The position numbers and the translations under genes were made by a program. From Candidatus Levyibacteriota bacterium (GTDB lineage: Bacteria > Patescibacteriota > Microgenomatia > Levybacterales > UBA12049), in assembly GCA_029260965.1 (NCBI GenBank), contig JAJDCG010000001.1, positions 445,803-509,802 on the forward strand: a DNA stretch of 64,000 bases. The letters run 5' to 3'. Below the pieces are notes generated by a model. It ran no database searches. It was not told where the DNA came from and saw only the letters and a list, made by a program, of their open reading frames with translations. This document shows, piece after piece, positions 7,870 to 18,625 of this stretch (position 1 is the stretch's first letter; every line of letters starts with the position of its first letter).

Positions 7870-10800
7870 ATATACATTAAAATTCTTGACAGCAGGACTG
7901 ATACTCTTTACAGTCCTTTACCCAAAATTACCATCCATTAATATCCTTAATACATGGGTGTATATTCGGCTTGAAGATTTTTTGATTCTTGGCACAACGA
8001 TAATTTGGTTTATTCAGTTAGTACGTAAAAAAGTCACAATATTCAAACCCATGCTTTCGGTTATTGGGACATACTGGTTGGTTGGTCTTGTTTCCTTAGT
8101 TTTTTCAATAATTTTTATTGCACCACAGCTCCCGCAACTTTTCCCGCATGTTGCAGTACTGTCATTTTTTAGAAGAATTGAATATATGATTCTTTTCTTT
8201 ATCGCCTTTTCAACGATAAGAAGCAAATCTGACATAAAGGATTATTTTGTAGTTTTGGCAGTGACTGTATTTTTAGCGTTTTTATATGGTATTGGGCAGC
8301 GTTATTATATAGTTCTTTGGAGTTTCTTTCCTCATATTAATCAAGCTCAATTTTGTTTTCCTTCTTTTCAGACAGGAAACGAGGAATTTGCCAAAGGGAT
8401 ACCTCTTTGTCTCCCACCAGGTGGCAGAATTACATCAACGTTTGGTGGATCATACGATCTAGCAGCATACACAGTCCTTGTTCTACCCATAATATTTGGT
8501 ACGTTTCTTTCTATTAGGCAAAAATTGTGGAAGCTCTTAACAGGTTTGGTTTTTTTGAGTGGAGTGATCCTTCTTGTGTTGACTGCACAGCGGGCTGCTT
8601 TTGTTGCATACATAATTGGAAGTATTTTTACACTAATTTTATATAAGAAGAAATGGTGGATAATACCCCTTTTGGTTGTTAGCTTTTCTTTTTTGATTCT
8701 TTTCAGTGAATCAACTGCAAAGAGATTTCTTTCAACCTTTAGGGTTACAAATGTAGTAGTTGATCAAGATGGGAGGCTGGTCGGGGATGCATCAATTGAT
8801 GATGAGATTGATCCTATTACAAAAACCAGACGTCCAAAATCCGGACAGGATTTACCTGAAGGATCAGCATTTTTAGGTTTAGTTCAGGATGAAGAAATAG
8901 AAACAGATACAGCACTTATTGAAAGAACGCTTACTCCAGAGGAGGCTAGGAGATTACGGCTTGAGAGTGGTAGCGTACAGATATCAACAATATCAGGAAG
9001 TTTTTTAGTAAGAAAAGTTTTGGTTTATGATATTTCATTCACTACGCGTTTTCAGGCAGAGTGGCCCAATGCCTGGCGCGCTTTTCAGAGAAATCCTGCG
9101 TTAGGAAGTGGTTATTCGAGTATTACTCTTGCAACGGATAATGACTATTTTAGAGCACTAGGTGAGACAGGCCTTTTCGGATTATTTAGTTTTATGGGAG
9201 TGTTTGTGATGCTCTGGGTGGTGTTTAGGAAGCTTGTGCCTTTATCTGGTAATTCGATAACAGCAGGATTTGCATACGGATTAGCAGGTGGAGTGATCGG
9301 ACTTCTTGTAAATGCAACACTTATTGATGTTTTTGAAGCATCAAAGGTCGCAGAGGGATTGTGGATTTTGGCAGGGGTTGCAGTTGGATCCCTATTATTG
9401 TATCAAAAAAAGAAAATATCGTACTCAAGTGAGTTTATTAAAACTCTGACTAGTAATACAGCATACATTTTTTATCTAATTCTTTTGATCTTATTCATTT
9501 TCTTACCGACAATGAGTAATTATTTTGTCGCAGATGATTTTACCTGGTTGAGGTGGGCAGCAGAGGACAGTCTCTCGGGATTGCCAAGTCACTTTATTAA
9601 TTCACAGGGATTTTTCTATAGACCACTTGATAAGATTGTTACTTATTTTCTATATACAGTTTTTTCATTCCAACCACATGGATATCATTTTTTCTTAATT
9701 TTCCTCCACCTCATTGCTATAATTGGAGTTTATTTTTTTGCAAAACAAATCACTAAGGATAAGTTATTTGCATTTTTGGTATCCTTGATTTTCGCAGTAC
9801 ACCCTACACATGCTGAGAATGTATTTTGGTACTCAGGGCTTTCTAGCGTTCTTTCTGCTGTTTTTATAATTTATGCAGCTATTTGTTTTTATAGATTTAG
9901 AGAGAGGAAATCTGTTTTTTCATATTTTTTGGCTTTTGTTCTGAGCATCTTTGCTTTTTCTTCCTATGAAATAGCAGTCTCAATTCCATTTTTGTTTCTT
10001 GTAATTGATATATTTTTATTTAAAGCAACAAAAAAGCTCAAATATTATTTGCCACATGTACTTTTTATTTTGCTTGTCCCTTTTTATTATTTACTCAGAG
10101 AGCTAACTAACACTTTCCAAAACGGAGGTGATTATTCATATAATTTAATCAAAATAGTACCAAATGTAATGGGTAACATCCTGGGCTATGTAGGAATGTT
10201 TATAAGCGGTGAGTCATTTATCCCTGTCTACAATCTCCTGAGGGGGTCTCTTAGGGAAAGCGCATTTTCTATTGGTATTGTATTGACCGTCTCATTAGCA
10301 GCTATCGGTTTTCTGTTTTATATAAACAGAAGTATTATGGGTAAGCTGTTGAAGAACCGCATGTCAGGACAGATAATGTTTGGAATAGCTTTTGCATTCT
10401 TTTCGCTTCTTCCCTTTCTGCCTCTTGGGAATATTGCCCCACGGTATCTTTATTTATCATCTGTTGGGTTTTCAATAAGTGCGGTACTCATCATGTATGT
10501 TCTATCTAGATATAAAAGATTTCTCTTGGTATTGGTTGTTGCTGTGATTGTAGCTATTGGCGCTATCCAGCTTGATAGGGCCAGTGACAGATGGAAAGAT
10601 GCAGGATATGTTACGCAAAATACTCTATATTTTTTCAGGAAAAACTATGACGATCTAAAACCAGCTGACAAAATCTATTTTGTTGACACTCCAGTGACTT
10701 ACAAAGGTATATGGACTTTCCCGACAGGATTAAATGATGCTCTTTGGTTTATTTATAGAGATGATCTTCCCCAAGTGAATTTGGCTGATTCAATAGAAGA

Positions 10801-10885
10801 TGCCAAGAGAAGAGCTTCTGATGATGAGCCTGACAACATCCACATATTTAGATTTGACGAGATAGGAGATGTGTCTAGAATTTGA
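7841..10885 (+). CDS. Fusion of O-antigen ligase/polymerase-like (Wzy_C) domain and GT-C (PMT/TMTC-like) domain
   Basis: N half: multi-TM, RITSTFG, TAQRAAF, W..AW.AF.RNP.LGSGY, TDNDYFRALGETG. C half: ADDFTWL, FYRPL, HPTHAENVFW, multi-TM. Confidence 0.75.
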   Translation: MKKLLQLHDKYTLKFLTAGLILFTVLYPKLPSINILNTWVYIRLEDFLILGTTIIWFIQLVRKKVTIFKPMLSVIGTYWLVGLVSLVFSIIFIAPQLPQLFPHVAVLSFFRRIEYMILFFIAFSTIRSKSDIKDYFVVLAVTVFLAFLYGIGQRYYIVLWSFFPHINQAQFCFPSFQTGNEEFAKGIPLCLPPGGRITSTFGGSYDLAAYTVLVLPIIFGTFLSIRQKLWKLLTGLVFLSGVILLVLTAQRAAFVAYIIGSIFTLILYKKKWWIIPLLVVSFSFLILFSESTAKRFLSTFRVTNVVVDQDGRLVGDASIDDEIDPITKTRRPKSGQDLPEGSAFLGLVQDEEIETDTALIERTLTPEEARRLRLESGSVQISTISGSFLVRKVLVYDISFTTRFQAEWPNAWRAFQRNPALGSGYSSITLATDNDYFRALGETGLFGLFSFMGVFVMLWVVFRKLVPLSGNSITAGFAYGLAGGVIGLLVNATLIDVFEASKVAEGLWILAGVAVGSLLLYQKKKISYSSEFIKTLTSNTAYIFYLILLILFIFLPTMSNYFVADDFTWLRWAAEDSLSGLPSHFINSQGFFYRPLDKIVTYFLYTVFSFQPHGYHFFLIFLHLIAIIGVYFFAKQITKDKLFAFLVSLIFAVHPTHAENVFWYSGLSSVLSAVFIIYAAICFYRFRERKSVFSYFLAFVLSIFAFSSYEIAVSIPFLFLVIDIFLFKATKKLKYYLPHVLFILLVPFYYLLRELTNTFQNGGDYSYNLIKIVPNVMGNILGYVGMFISGESFIPVYNLLRGSLRESAFSIGIVLTVSLAAIGFLFYINRSIMGKLLKNRMSGQIMFGIAFAFFSLLPFLPLGNIAPRYLYLSSVGFSISAVLIMYVLSRYKRFLLVLVVAVIVAIGAIQLDRASDRWKDAGYVTQNTLYFFRKNYDDLKPADKIYFVDTPVTYKGIWTFPTGLNDALWFIYRDDLPQVNLADSIEDAKRRASDDEPDNIHIFRFDEIGDVSRI

Positions 10886-10909
10886 GTCATAAAATGACAA
10901 GCAGAAAGT

Positions 10910-12352
10910 ATGGATTTTAGAAAAAACCTTCATTTTATTCTTTTGATTTTTATTTTTTTAGTTGGTTTCGTACTGAGGCTTTACAGGATTGATAATCCGA
11001 TAGCTGATTGGCATAGCTGGCGACAAGCTGACACCTCATCAGTATCAAGAGAGTTGTTGAAAAGTGATTTCGATTTCTTGCACCCCCGTTATCATGACCT
11101 CTCGAATGTGCCATCAGGCATGGATAATCCAGAAGGCTACCGAATGGTCGAGTTTCCTATCTATAATGCTGTTCAAGCGGGATTGTTTACCTTGTTGGGT
11201 GGATTTACAATCGAACAATGGGGGAGGATTGTTAGTATTTTTTCATCGGTTTTTGTTGCGATGTTTTTGTATTTGATAGTCAGCCGTCATAGCAATAAAA
11301 ACCTTGGTTTTCTCGCAGCTGCATTTTATTTACTCATCCCCTACAATATTTACTACAATAGGACAATTCTGCCCGATACGATGATGGCAATGGCCATACT
11401 TGGAGGAATATTTTTCTTCAATCTCTGGATTGAATCAGATAACAAAAAGCAACAAACAAAAAGCAGCAGAAGTTTTTATTTTTTACTTTCGATAATCTTT
11501 ACCTCATCGAGTTTTCTACTTAAACCGTATGCACTTTTATTTACCCTACCTATGATAGTTTTGGTTTATCAAAAGTGGGGTTTTAAAGCGATAAGAAAGT
11601 GGCAACTCTGGATTTTTACTGGCGTTTCTCTTTTGCCCTTATTTTTTTGGCGGCAGTGGATACTTCAATTCCCGACAGGAATCCCTGAAAATTTTTGGCT
11701 CTATAACGGTAATGGAATTCGTTTTCGTCCTGCATTTTTTCGCTGGATCGGATATGAGAGAGTAATCAAGCTAATTGGTGGTTATTTGGGATCAATTTTA
11801 CTTTTGTATGGTATTTTGAAACTAAAAGATCTGAAAGAGTGGATATTTTTCTTTTCATTTCTTGTAAGTAGTGGGCTTTATGTCATGATATTTGCAACTG
11901 GGAACGTGCAGCATGATTATTATCAGATTCTCATCATGCCAACTCTGTCAATTTTTTTTGCAATCGGTGCATACTTTTTATATAGATGGAATTTAACTGG
12001 AAAAGCAATATTATTTGTCGCTGTTGTTGGTATGTTTTATTTTGGTTGGGATCAGGTAAAGGACTATTTTAATATAAATAATCGATCAATTATAATAGCA
12101 GGTGAGGCCGTTGATAGGCTAACTCCCCAAGACGCTTTGGTAATTGCAGAGTATGGAGGAGACACATCGCTTCTTTATCAAACCAAACGTCGTGGTTGGG
12201 CAAGTCAGCAAAATTCAATCCCAGAGATGGTAGAAAAAGGTGCTTCGTATATGGTAATAGTTAATCCGCCTGATGAGGCAGTAAGCTTTGCTAAGCAGTA
12301 CAAGATAATTGAAAGTACTCCGCAATACGTTATTTTTGACATCCGTAAATAA
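10910..12352 (+). CDS. GT-C membrane glycosyltransferase (ArnT/PMT family)
   Basis: LRLYRID..IADWHSWRQADT, EFPIYN, RTILPD, HDYYQ; many TM helices. Confidence 0.85.
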   Translation: MDFRKNLHFILLIFIFLVGFVLRLYRIDNPIADWHSWRQADTSSVSRELLKSDFDFLHPRYHDLSNVPSGMDNPEGYRMVEFPIYNAVQAGLFTLLGGFTIEQWGRIVSIFSSVFVAMFLYLIVSRHSNKNLGFLAAAFYLLIPYNIYYNRTILPDTMMAMAILGGIFFFNLWIESDNKKQQTKSSRSFYFLLSIIFTSSSFLLKPYALLFTLPMIVLVYQKWGFKAIRKWQLWIFTGVSLLPLFFWRQWILQFPTGIPENFWLYNGNGIRFRPAFFRWIGYERVIKLIGGYLGSILLLYGILKLKDLKEWIFFFSFLVSSGLYVMIFATGNVQHDYYQILIMPTLSIFFAIGAYFLYRWNLTGKAILFVAVVGMFYFGWDQVKDYFNINNRSIIIAGEAVDRLTPQDALVIAEYGGDTSLLYQTKRRGWASQQNSIPEMVEKGASYMVIVNPPDEAVSFAKQYKIIESTPQYVIFDIRK

Positions 12353-12457
12353 AAAACTAGTAAGTTTTCAGTATAATTAATAGTTTCCTAGTCTATAGTC
12401 AACAGATGCGAAATTACCTATCGACACCTTAGCCTCATGTTTTGCTATAATCATTTT

Positions 12458-13660
12458 ATGAAGATATTAATCGTGTCGTCTTTTTTGCCATATCCACTTC
12501 ACTCTGGGGGGCATGTCAGGCTTTACAACCTAATCAAGGAATTGTCAAATAGGCATGAGATAACCCTTTTTTGTGAAAAAAGACCAAACCAGACAGTAGA
12601 GGAAATAAAGGCAGTTGAGAAGATTTGCAGGAAAGTCATAACTGTTGATAGGCGCAGACAGTGGTCACTGGAGAATATTCTCAAGAGTGCAATCTCAGTT
12701 CACTCATTTCTCATCAATGGACACACGCATCAGAAAATGAAGTATCTCTTAAAAAGAGAGTTGGAGAACGTAAAATACGATTTGATTCATATTGAAACAT
12801 TTTATGTTATGCAAAATCTTTCTCATACAAATATACCCAAAATTCTTGTAGAGCATAATATAGAATATAAAGTTTATAAGAAATTTTTATCCAGAGCACC
12901 ACATATTTTTAGACCACTTTTGGTGCTGGATGTTGTAAAAATCAAAAGAGAGGAGGAGAGGTTCTGGAAAAAAGCAGATAGACTGGTTGTGGTTTCAGAA
13001 GCTGATAGGAGGGTGATAAGAACTGCTGGATTTGATGCTGATATTGTTGCCAATGGAGTAGATATTGAGAAATTTGCATATAAGCAAAAAGCAATAAATG
13101 ATAAGCAAAAAGAAAGAAAAATTCTTTTTATTGGGGATTTTAAGTGGATACAAAACAGGGATTCTGTAAAATTTATAATTGAAGAGATCTGGCCATTGAT
13201 AAAGCAAAAAATAAAAAGTAATGAGCAAAAAGTAAATTTGTGGATTGTTGCTAGAGAAATTCCCCAATCAGTGAGAAAACTATCTGAAGACAATGATGTT
13301 ATTTTTGATGAAAAAAGCTCAGGATTGTCAACTGAGAAGATATTTCAAGCTGCTGATGTTTTACTTGCTCCAATAAGAGTTGGAGGTGGGACTAGTTACA
13401 AAATTTTAGAAAGTATGAGTTGTGGAACACCAGTTGTAACTACAAAAATGAGCGCAAACAGTCTGGGTGCAAAAGATAATGAAGACATTATGGCATCTGA
13501 TGAACCAATTGATTTGGCAACAAAAACCATAAATCTTTTGGAAGATGAAAAACTTTATGAAAAAATAAGTAAAAAGGGACGGAAGTTAGTAGAGGAAAAA
13601 TATACCTGGAAAGAGATTGCAAAAAAATTGAATGGGGTTTATGAAAGCGTTAGAAAATAG
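12458..13660 (+). CDS. GT4 glycosyltransferase
   Basis: Start placed at MKILIV (the ORF-track prefix CYN is the TGCTATAAT promoter); PYPLHSGG, GGGTSYKILESM. Confidence 0.9.
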   Translation: MKILIVSSFLPYPLHSGGHVRLYNLIKELSNRHEITLFCEKRPNQTVEEIKAVEKICRKVITVDRRRQWSLENILKSAISVHSFLINGHTHQKMKYLLKRELENVKYDLIHIETFYVMQNLSHTNIPKILVEHNIEYKVYKKFLSRAPHIFRPLLVLDVVKIKREEERFWKKADRLVVVSEADRRVIRTAGFDADIVANGVDIEKFAYKQKAINDKQKERKILFIGDFKWIQNRDSVKFIIEEIWPLIKQKIKSNEQKVNLWIVAREIPQSVRKLSEDNDVIFDEKSSGLSTEKIFQAADVLLAPIRVGGGTSYKILESMSCGTPVVTTKMSANSLGAKDNEDIMASDEPIDLATKTINLLEDEKLYEKISKKGRKLVEEKYTWKEIAKKLNGVYESVRK

Positions 13661-13671
13661 TTATTAATTAT

Positions 13672-14583
13672 ATGATCGACCTATCAATAATTATTTTAAA
13701 TTATAATACTCGGGATTTGGCGCTTGGTTGCGTGAAATCGATTCAGGAAAATTATCCCCGTGAAGTTGCATCAGGAAAATTTGAAGTGATCTTGGCAGAT
13801 AACGCAAGTCCTGATGGATCTTTGGCTGCATTTGAGAAATTTGAAAAACAGACAAAAATTAAAACCTTTCAAGTTATTGATAATAAAAAAAATTTAGGCT
13901 TTGCTGCTGGCAATAACAGGGCAATTCCTTTCGCAAAAGGAAGATATGTGCTGTTTTTGAATCCAGATACTATTGTTGATTCAGTCACTTTGAGTCGCAT
14001 GATCGAGTTCATGGATAAAAATAAAGACGCTGGAGCAGCAACATGCAGGATAGAGTCATTTGATGGTCAATTTGACCAACCGTCTCATCGTGGATTTCCA
14101 ACCCCTTGGAATGCATTTACTCATTTTTCTCGGCTGGAGAAAGTCTTTCCAAAAACAAAATTGTTTGGTGGATATATTCAGGGCTTTAAAGATTTATCAA
14201 AAATTCACGAGGTTGATGTGATATCTGGTGCTTTTCTTTTTGTCAGACGAGATGCTGGAGAGAGAATTAATTGGTGGGATGAAGAATATTTTTTTTATGG
14301 TGAGGATATACAGTTTTGTTTTGATTTAAAAAAACAAGGATATAAAATTTATTTTGTTCCAGATGTCAGTATAACTCATCTGGGAAGCGCTGCATCAGGG
14401 ATTAGAAATAGAAATCATAATGAAATAACTGCTGATGCTTTTACTAAGAAAAAAATGCAAGCACATCGCTTTGACGCGATGAGAATATTTTATGAAAAAA
14501 ATTATAAAGATCATTATCCAAAGTTTGTAAATTGGATAGTCCATGTAGGAATAAATTTGCTCCACAAGAAACACTCCCAATGA
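13672..14583 (+). CDS. GT2 glycosyltransferase (WbbL-like)
   Basis: LSIIILNYN, DNASPD, GFAAGNN, FLNPD, FFYGED. Confidence 0.9.
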   Translation: MIDLSIIILNYNTRDLALGCVKSIQENYPREVASGKFEVILADNASPDGSLAAFEKFEKQTKIKTFQVIDNKKNLGFAAGNNRAIPFAKGRYVLFLNPDTIVDSVTLSRMIEFMDKNKDAGAATCRIESFDGQFDQPSHRGFPTPWNAFTHFSRLEKVFPKTKLFGGYIQGFKDLSKIHEVDVISGAFLFVRRDAGERINWWDEEYFFYGEDIQFCFDLKKQGYKIYFVPDVSITHLGSAASGIRNRNHNEITADAFTKKKMQAHRFDAMRIFYEKNYKDHYPKFVNWIVHVGINLLHKKHSQ

Positions 14584-14604
14584 ACCCTGTGCTATACTTA
14601 GCCT

Positions 14605-15726
14605 ATGAAAATTGGAATTGATTGTCGACTTTGGTCTCAGACTGGAGTTGGACGGTATATCAGGAATTTAGTAACTGAACTTTCAAAAATTGATAAGACA
14701 AACGAGTATGTCTTGTTTGTCAGAAGTCGTGATTTACAAGGTGTAAAAAAGCAGGTGTCAAATATTAGAAGGTGGAAGATTGTAATCGCTGACATCAGAT
14801 GGCATACTGTTGATGAACAGTTAAAGCTCCCAAGAATTTTGAATAATGAAGAGCTGGATTTGATGCATTTTCCTTATTTCTCCGCACCTGTTTTTTATAA
14901 GAAACCATTTGTAATTACAATTCATGACCTCATTATTAATCATTTTCCTACAGGAAAGGCATCTACTCTGCCAAAAACTTTTTATCATATGAAAAGAGTT
15001 GGTTATCAGTATGTGATAAGGCGTGCGGTTGAGAAGGCAGAAAAAATAATAGTACCATTAAATGCGGTGAAGGAAGATCTTGTAAAAACTCTTGATGTAG
15101 CATCTAAAAAAATTGTTGTTACAACAGAGGGGTTTGATAAAAAGATTCTCAGTAAAAGAAAAAAATATCAAACTCCGACGACACGATATGTTCTGTATGT
15201 TGGTAACGCCTATCCACATAAAAATTTAGAAAGGTTGATCAGGGCTTTTTCCTTGTTTAGGCAGGAGGGTTTTGGAGATGTGCAGTTAATCCTTGCAGGA
15301 AAAGATGACTATTTTTATAAAAAATTGGAGGAAAAAATAGAGAGAGAAAATTACACTGGTATTAATTTTATTCACAATGTTACTGATTCTGATCTATCCT
15401 ATCTATATCAAAATTCCCAATTTTTTATATCTGCATCGTTAATGGAGGGATTTGGACTGGTAGCTCTTGAAGCGATGGCAAACTCATCTTTGGTTGTGCT
15501 TTCTGATATTCCATCATTTAGAGAAGTGTGCAGTGATGCGCCAGTTTATTTTGATCCTCAATCAATTACCGACATTAAGGATAAAATGGTTTCTGCGTAT
15601 AAAATGTCAAAAATGCAGAAAAATAATCACGCTGAAAAGGGGATAAGAAGAACTGAGATTTTTTCTTGGGAAAAAATGGCAAGACAAACATTGCAAGTTT
15701 ATGAAAATTGCTCTCGTTTACGATAG
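14605..15726 (+). CDS. GT4 glycosyltransferase (MtfB-like)
   Basis: TGVGRY, TIHDL, YVGNAYPHKN, EGFGLVALEAM. Confidence 0.92.
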   Translation: MKIGIDCRLWSQTGVGRYIRNLVTELSKIDKTNEYVLFVRSRDLQGVKKQVSNIRRWKIVIADIRWHTVDEQLKLPRILNNEELDLMHFPYFSAPVFYKKPFVITIHDLIINHFPTGKASTLPKTFYHMKRVGYQYVIRRAVEKAEKIIVPLNAVKEDLVKTLDVASKKIVVTTEGFDKKILSKRKKYQTPTTRYVLYVGNAYPHKNLERLIRAFSLFRQEGFGDVQLILAGKDDYFYKKLEEKIERENYTGINFIHNVTDSDLSYLYQNSQFFISASLMEGFGLVALEAMANSSLVVLSDIPSFREVCSDAPVYFDPQSITDIKDKMVSAYKMSKMQKNNHAEKGIRRTEIFSWEKMARQTLQVYENCSRLR

Positions 15727-16783
15727 GGTAAATAAATGGGGAGGAGCTGAAAGAGTTTTGCTGGCTTTGCATGAACTTTTTCCTAATGCACCTCTGTATA
15801 CGTCTGTTTATGATAAAAGTGCTGCCCCCTGGGCAGATGTATTTGACATAAAAACCTCATTTCTTCAGAAAATTCCTTTTGCCAGATCGCGCCATGAATT
15901 CCTGGCAGCTTTCATGCCATTTGCATTTGGAAAATTTAATTTTGATAAATATGATCTGGTTATTTCAGTTACTTCTGAGGCTGCAAAAGGAATAAAGACA
16001 GGAAAAAATACGAAACATATCTGTTACTGTTTGACACCTACTCGTTATCTATGGAGCGGATATGATGAGTATTTTACCAGTAAGTTTTTTAAATTTTTGA
16101 CTTACCCTCTTGTTTGGGTATTGAGAAACCTGGATTTGAGATCTGCCAATAAGCCGGATAAGTATGTCGCTATTTCAAAAGAAGTACAAAAGAGAATTAG
16201 AAGATACTATCAAAGGGAATCGGATGTAGTCTATCCACCAGTGACCTTGGGGAAGAAAAACGCTTTACGCACAAATCCTAACCCTTCACCCTATTACTTG
16301 ATTGTTTCACGGCTCTCAAAGTTTACTAGGTACAAAAAAGTTGATTTAGCTGTAAAGGCTGCTAACAAATTAGGAATCTCGCTCAAAGTAGTTGGTGATG
16401 GTAATCTAAAAAAAGACCTTGAAGGGATGGCTGGGCCGACGGTTGCGTTTTTAGGAAGATTAAGCGACAAAAAATTGTCGGAGTATTATAAAAATTGTCG
16501 TGCACTTATTTTCCCTGGTTTTGAGGATTTGGGGCTTGTGATGATAGAGGCGCAGACGTTTGGAAGGCCAGTTGTTGCTTATGGAAAGGGTGGTGCGCTG
16601 GAATTGGTGAACAAAAAAACAGGAATTTTATTTGAGAATCAAACAATAGATTCGTTAGTAAGAGCAATTAAAAAATTTGAAAAGATAGATTTTGATTCAG
16701 CAGACTGCATAGAGAATGCTAAAAGATTTGATATGCAAAATTTCAAAAAAGACTTTTTAGCTGTTGTTAATGAGCTTTTTTGA
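15701..16783 (+). CDS. GT4 mannosyltransferase (WbaZ-like)
   Basis: GGAERVL, YCLTPTRYLW, EDLGLVMIEAQ. Confidence 0.9.
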   Translation: MKIALVYDRVNKWGGAERVLLALHELFPNAPLYTSVYDKSAAPWADVFDIKTSFLQKIPFARSRHEFLAAFMPFAFGKFNFDKYDLVISVTSEAAKGIKTGKNTKHICYCLTPTRYLWSGYDEYFTSKFFKFLTYPLVWVLRNLDLRSANKPDKYVAISKEVQKRIRRYYQRESDVVYPPVTLGKKNALRTNPNPSPYYLIVSRLSKFTRYKKVDLAVKAANKLGISLKVVGDGNLKKDLEGMAGPTVAFLGRLSDKKLSEYYKNCRALIFPGFEDLGLVMIEAQTFGRPVVAYGKGGALELVNKKTGILFENQTIDSLVRAIKKFEKIDFDSADCIENAKRFDMQNFKKDFLAVVNELF

Positions 16784-16806
16784 TACTATAATAGTTAGAA
16801 TATATT

Positions 16807-17889
16807 ATGAAGGTTGTAATATTTGCAGGAGGTGTAGGCACAAGATTGTGGCCACTCTCAAGGAAAAATACTCCTAAACAATTCGGTAAAATAATTGGTG
16901 ACAAATCAACGCTGCAGCTTGCGTATGAACGGGTTGCTCCGATTGTTGATCCTAAAGATATTTATGTATCAACAGGCTCCAGGTACATAAATGTGATTAA
17001 AGATCAGCTGCCAAACATTCCAAATGAAAATTTTATTTTTGAACCTGAAATGCGTGATGTTGGAGCAGCAGTTGGCCTAATAGCTGCAATTTTGAATAAA
17101 GTCGCCCCTGATGAGCCATTTATTATTCTTTGGAGCGATCAAGTCGTAAAAGAAGAAGAAGTATTTAGGAATGTTTTGAAACATGTAGCTGATATGTTGA
17201 ATGAAGAAAAGAGCAAAATCGTTTTTATCGCTCATACTTCCCGATTTGCCAGTCAAAATCTTGGATGGATAGAGAGAGGGAATAAAGTAAAGTCATTAAA
17301 TGGTTTTGATATGTATGAGTTTAAAAGTTGGCATTATAGACCAGAGCCTACTCTTGCTGAAGAATTTCACAAGAGTGAGAATCATTATTGGAATCCAGGA
17401 TATTTTGGTACAACAGCAAAATTTTTATTTTCTCTTTTCGAAAAATATGCCCCAGAAATGCATGCAAAGTTAAAGGAGCTGGGAGATGCTTATGGAACTA
17501 ACCGGTTTGAGAAAAAGCTTGAAGAGCTTTATCCTTCACTCGAGAAGATATCTTTTGATAATCTTATTTTAGAGAAGATTGACCCCAGTGATGGGTATGT
17601 GATTGGTTCTGATTTTGGTTGGAGTGATGTGGGTGCTTGGGAGTCATTAAAAGAGGCATTGACAGATAGTGAAGAGGAAAATTTAACCAAAGGACGCGTC
17701 ATGTTGAATGATTCCAGGGATGTTCTGGTTTATAACTATACTGATCAGATGGTTGTTGGCATTGATCTTGAAAAATTCTTGGTAATTAATACCGGGGATG
17801 TGCTTCTGGTTTGTCCCAAAGATTCTGTGCCAAAGATAAAAAAGTTTGTTGAAAAACTCAGTGGAACTGAAAATGAAGACTTAATTTAG
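16807..17889 (+). CDS. manC: Mannose-1-phosphate guanylyltransferase
   Basis: AGGVGTRLWPLSRKNTPKQF, WSDVGAW; no PMI domain. Confidence 0.88.
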   Translation: MKVVIFAGGVGTRLWPLSRKNTPKQFGKIIGDKSTLQLAYERVAPIVDPKDIYVSTGSRYINVIKDQLPNIPNENFIFEPEMRDVGAAVGLIAAILNKVAPDEPFIILWSDQVVKEEEVFRNVLKHVADMLNEEKSKIVFIAHTSRFASQNLGWIERGNKVKSLNGFDMYEFKSWHYRPEPTLAEEFHKSENHYWNPGYFGTTAKFLFSLFEKYAPEMHAKLKELGDAYGTNRFEKKLEELYPSLEKISFDNLILEKIDPSDGYVIGSDFGWSDVGAWESLKEALTDSEEENLTKGRVMLNDSRDVLVYNYTDQMVVGIDLEKFLVINTGDVLLVCPKDSVPKIKKFVEKLSGTENEDLI

Positions 17890-17890
17890 G

Positions 17891-18556
17891 ATGGCAAAAA
17901 GTAAAACTAAAAAAAATGGATTCTACGATATAGAAAAGAGAATAACGGATATATTTTTTTCCATAATCCTCATAATTACTTTTTTGCCGATTATTATCGT
18001 TGTTGCAATAGCAATAAAGCTTGATTCAGTCGGTACTATTTTTGCTGATACGCCTGAAAGAGTCGGGATGAAAGGGAAAACATTCAAAATGTATAAATTT
18101 CGTTCCATGGTAAAGGATGCACATATTCTTCTCAGAAATGACCCAAAATACAAAGAGCTATATGATACATATAAAAAGGGTAGTTATAAATTAAAAAATG
18201 ATCCACGTATCACTAGGATAGGTCGTGTTATCAGAAAATATTCGCTTGATGAATTACCACAATTTATAAATGTTCTCATGGGTGAAATGAGTATTGTTGG
18301 GCCTCGCGCTTATTATCCTGATGAGCTGACAGAGCAACAGAAAAAGTATCCCTATACAAAAGAGGCAGTGAAAGTAGTGCTTTCAGTGAAGCCTGGCATC
18401 ACAGGTTATTGGCAGGTTACAGGTAGATCGCAAATAAATTTTGATAAAAGAATCCAGATGGATGCAGATTATGCAAAAAAACGTTCTATTCTGTATGATT
18501 TTTGGATCATCCTCAAAACTCCATACGCTATGATTTCAGGTCGTGGCGCTCTATGA
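17891..18556 (+). CDS. Polyprenyl glycosylphosphotransferase (priming sugar transferase, Bac_transf)
   Basis: FKMYKFRSM, DPRIT, SLDELPQF, MSIVGPR, KPGITGYWQV. Confidence 0.92.
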   Translation: MAKSKTKKNGFYDIEKRITDIFFSIILIITFLPIIIVVAIAIKLDSVGTIFADTPERVGMKGKTFKMYKFRSMVKDAHILLRNDPKYKELYDTYKKGSYKLKNDPRITRIGRVIRKYSLDELPQFINVLMGEMSIVGPRAYYPDELTEQQKKYPYTKEAVKVVLSVKPGITGYWQVTGRSQINFDKRIQMDADYAKKRSILYDFWIILKTPYAMISGRGAL

Positions 18557-18586
18557 TTAGGATCAAAATTTTTCTGTCTTGTCAAG

Positions 18587-18616
18587 TTGACAATAACCTC
18601 AATATTTCAGTAATAT
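18587..18616 (+). promoter_or_regulatory. Sigma70-type promoter
   Basis: TTGACA (18587-92), 18 nt, TAATAT (18611-16), upstream of ATG 18626. Confidence 0.55.
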
Positions 18617-18625
18617 TAAGATCTG

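Noticed and set aside
12372-12432. Micro-ORF MRNYLSTP after a second TATAAT and a degenerate 7-mer tract
   Set aside because: Too short to distinguish from chance; no support as a gene remnant.
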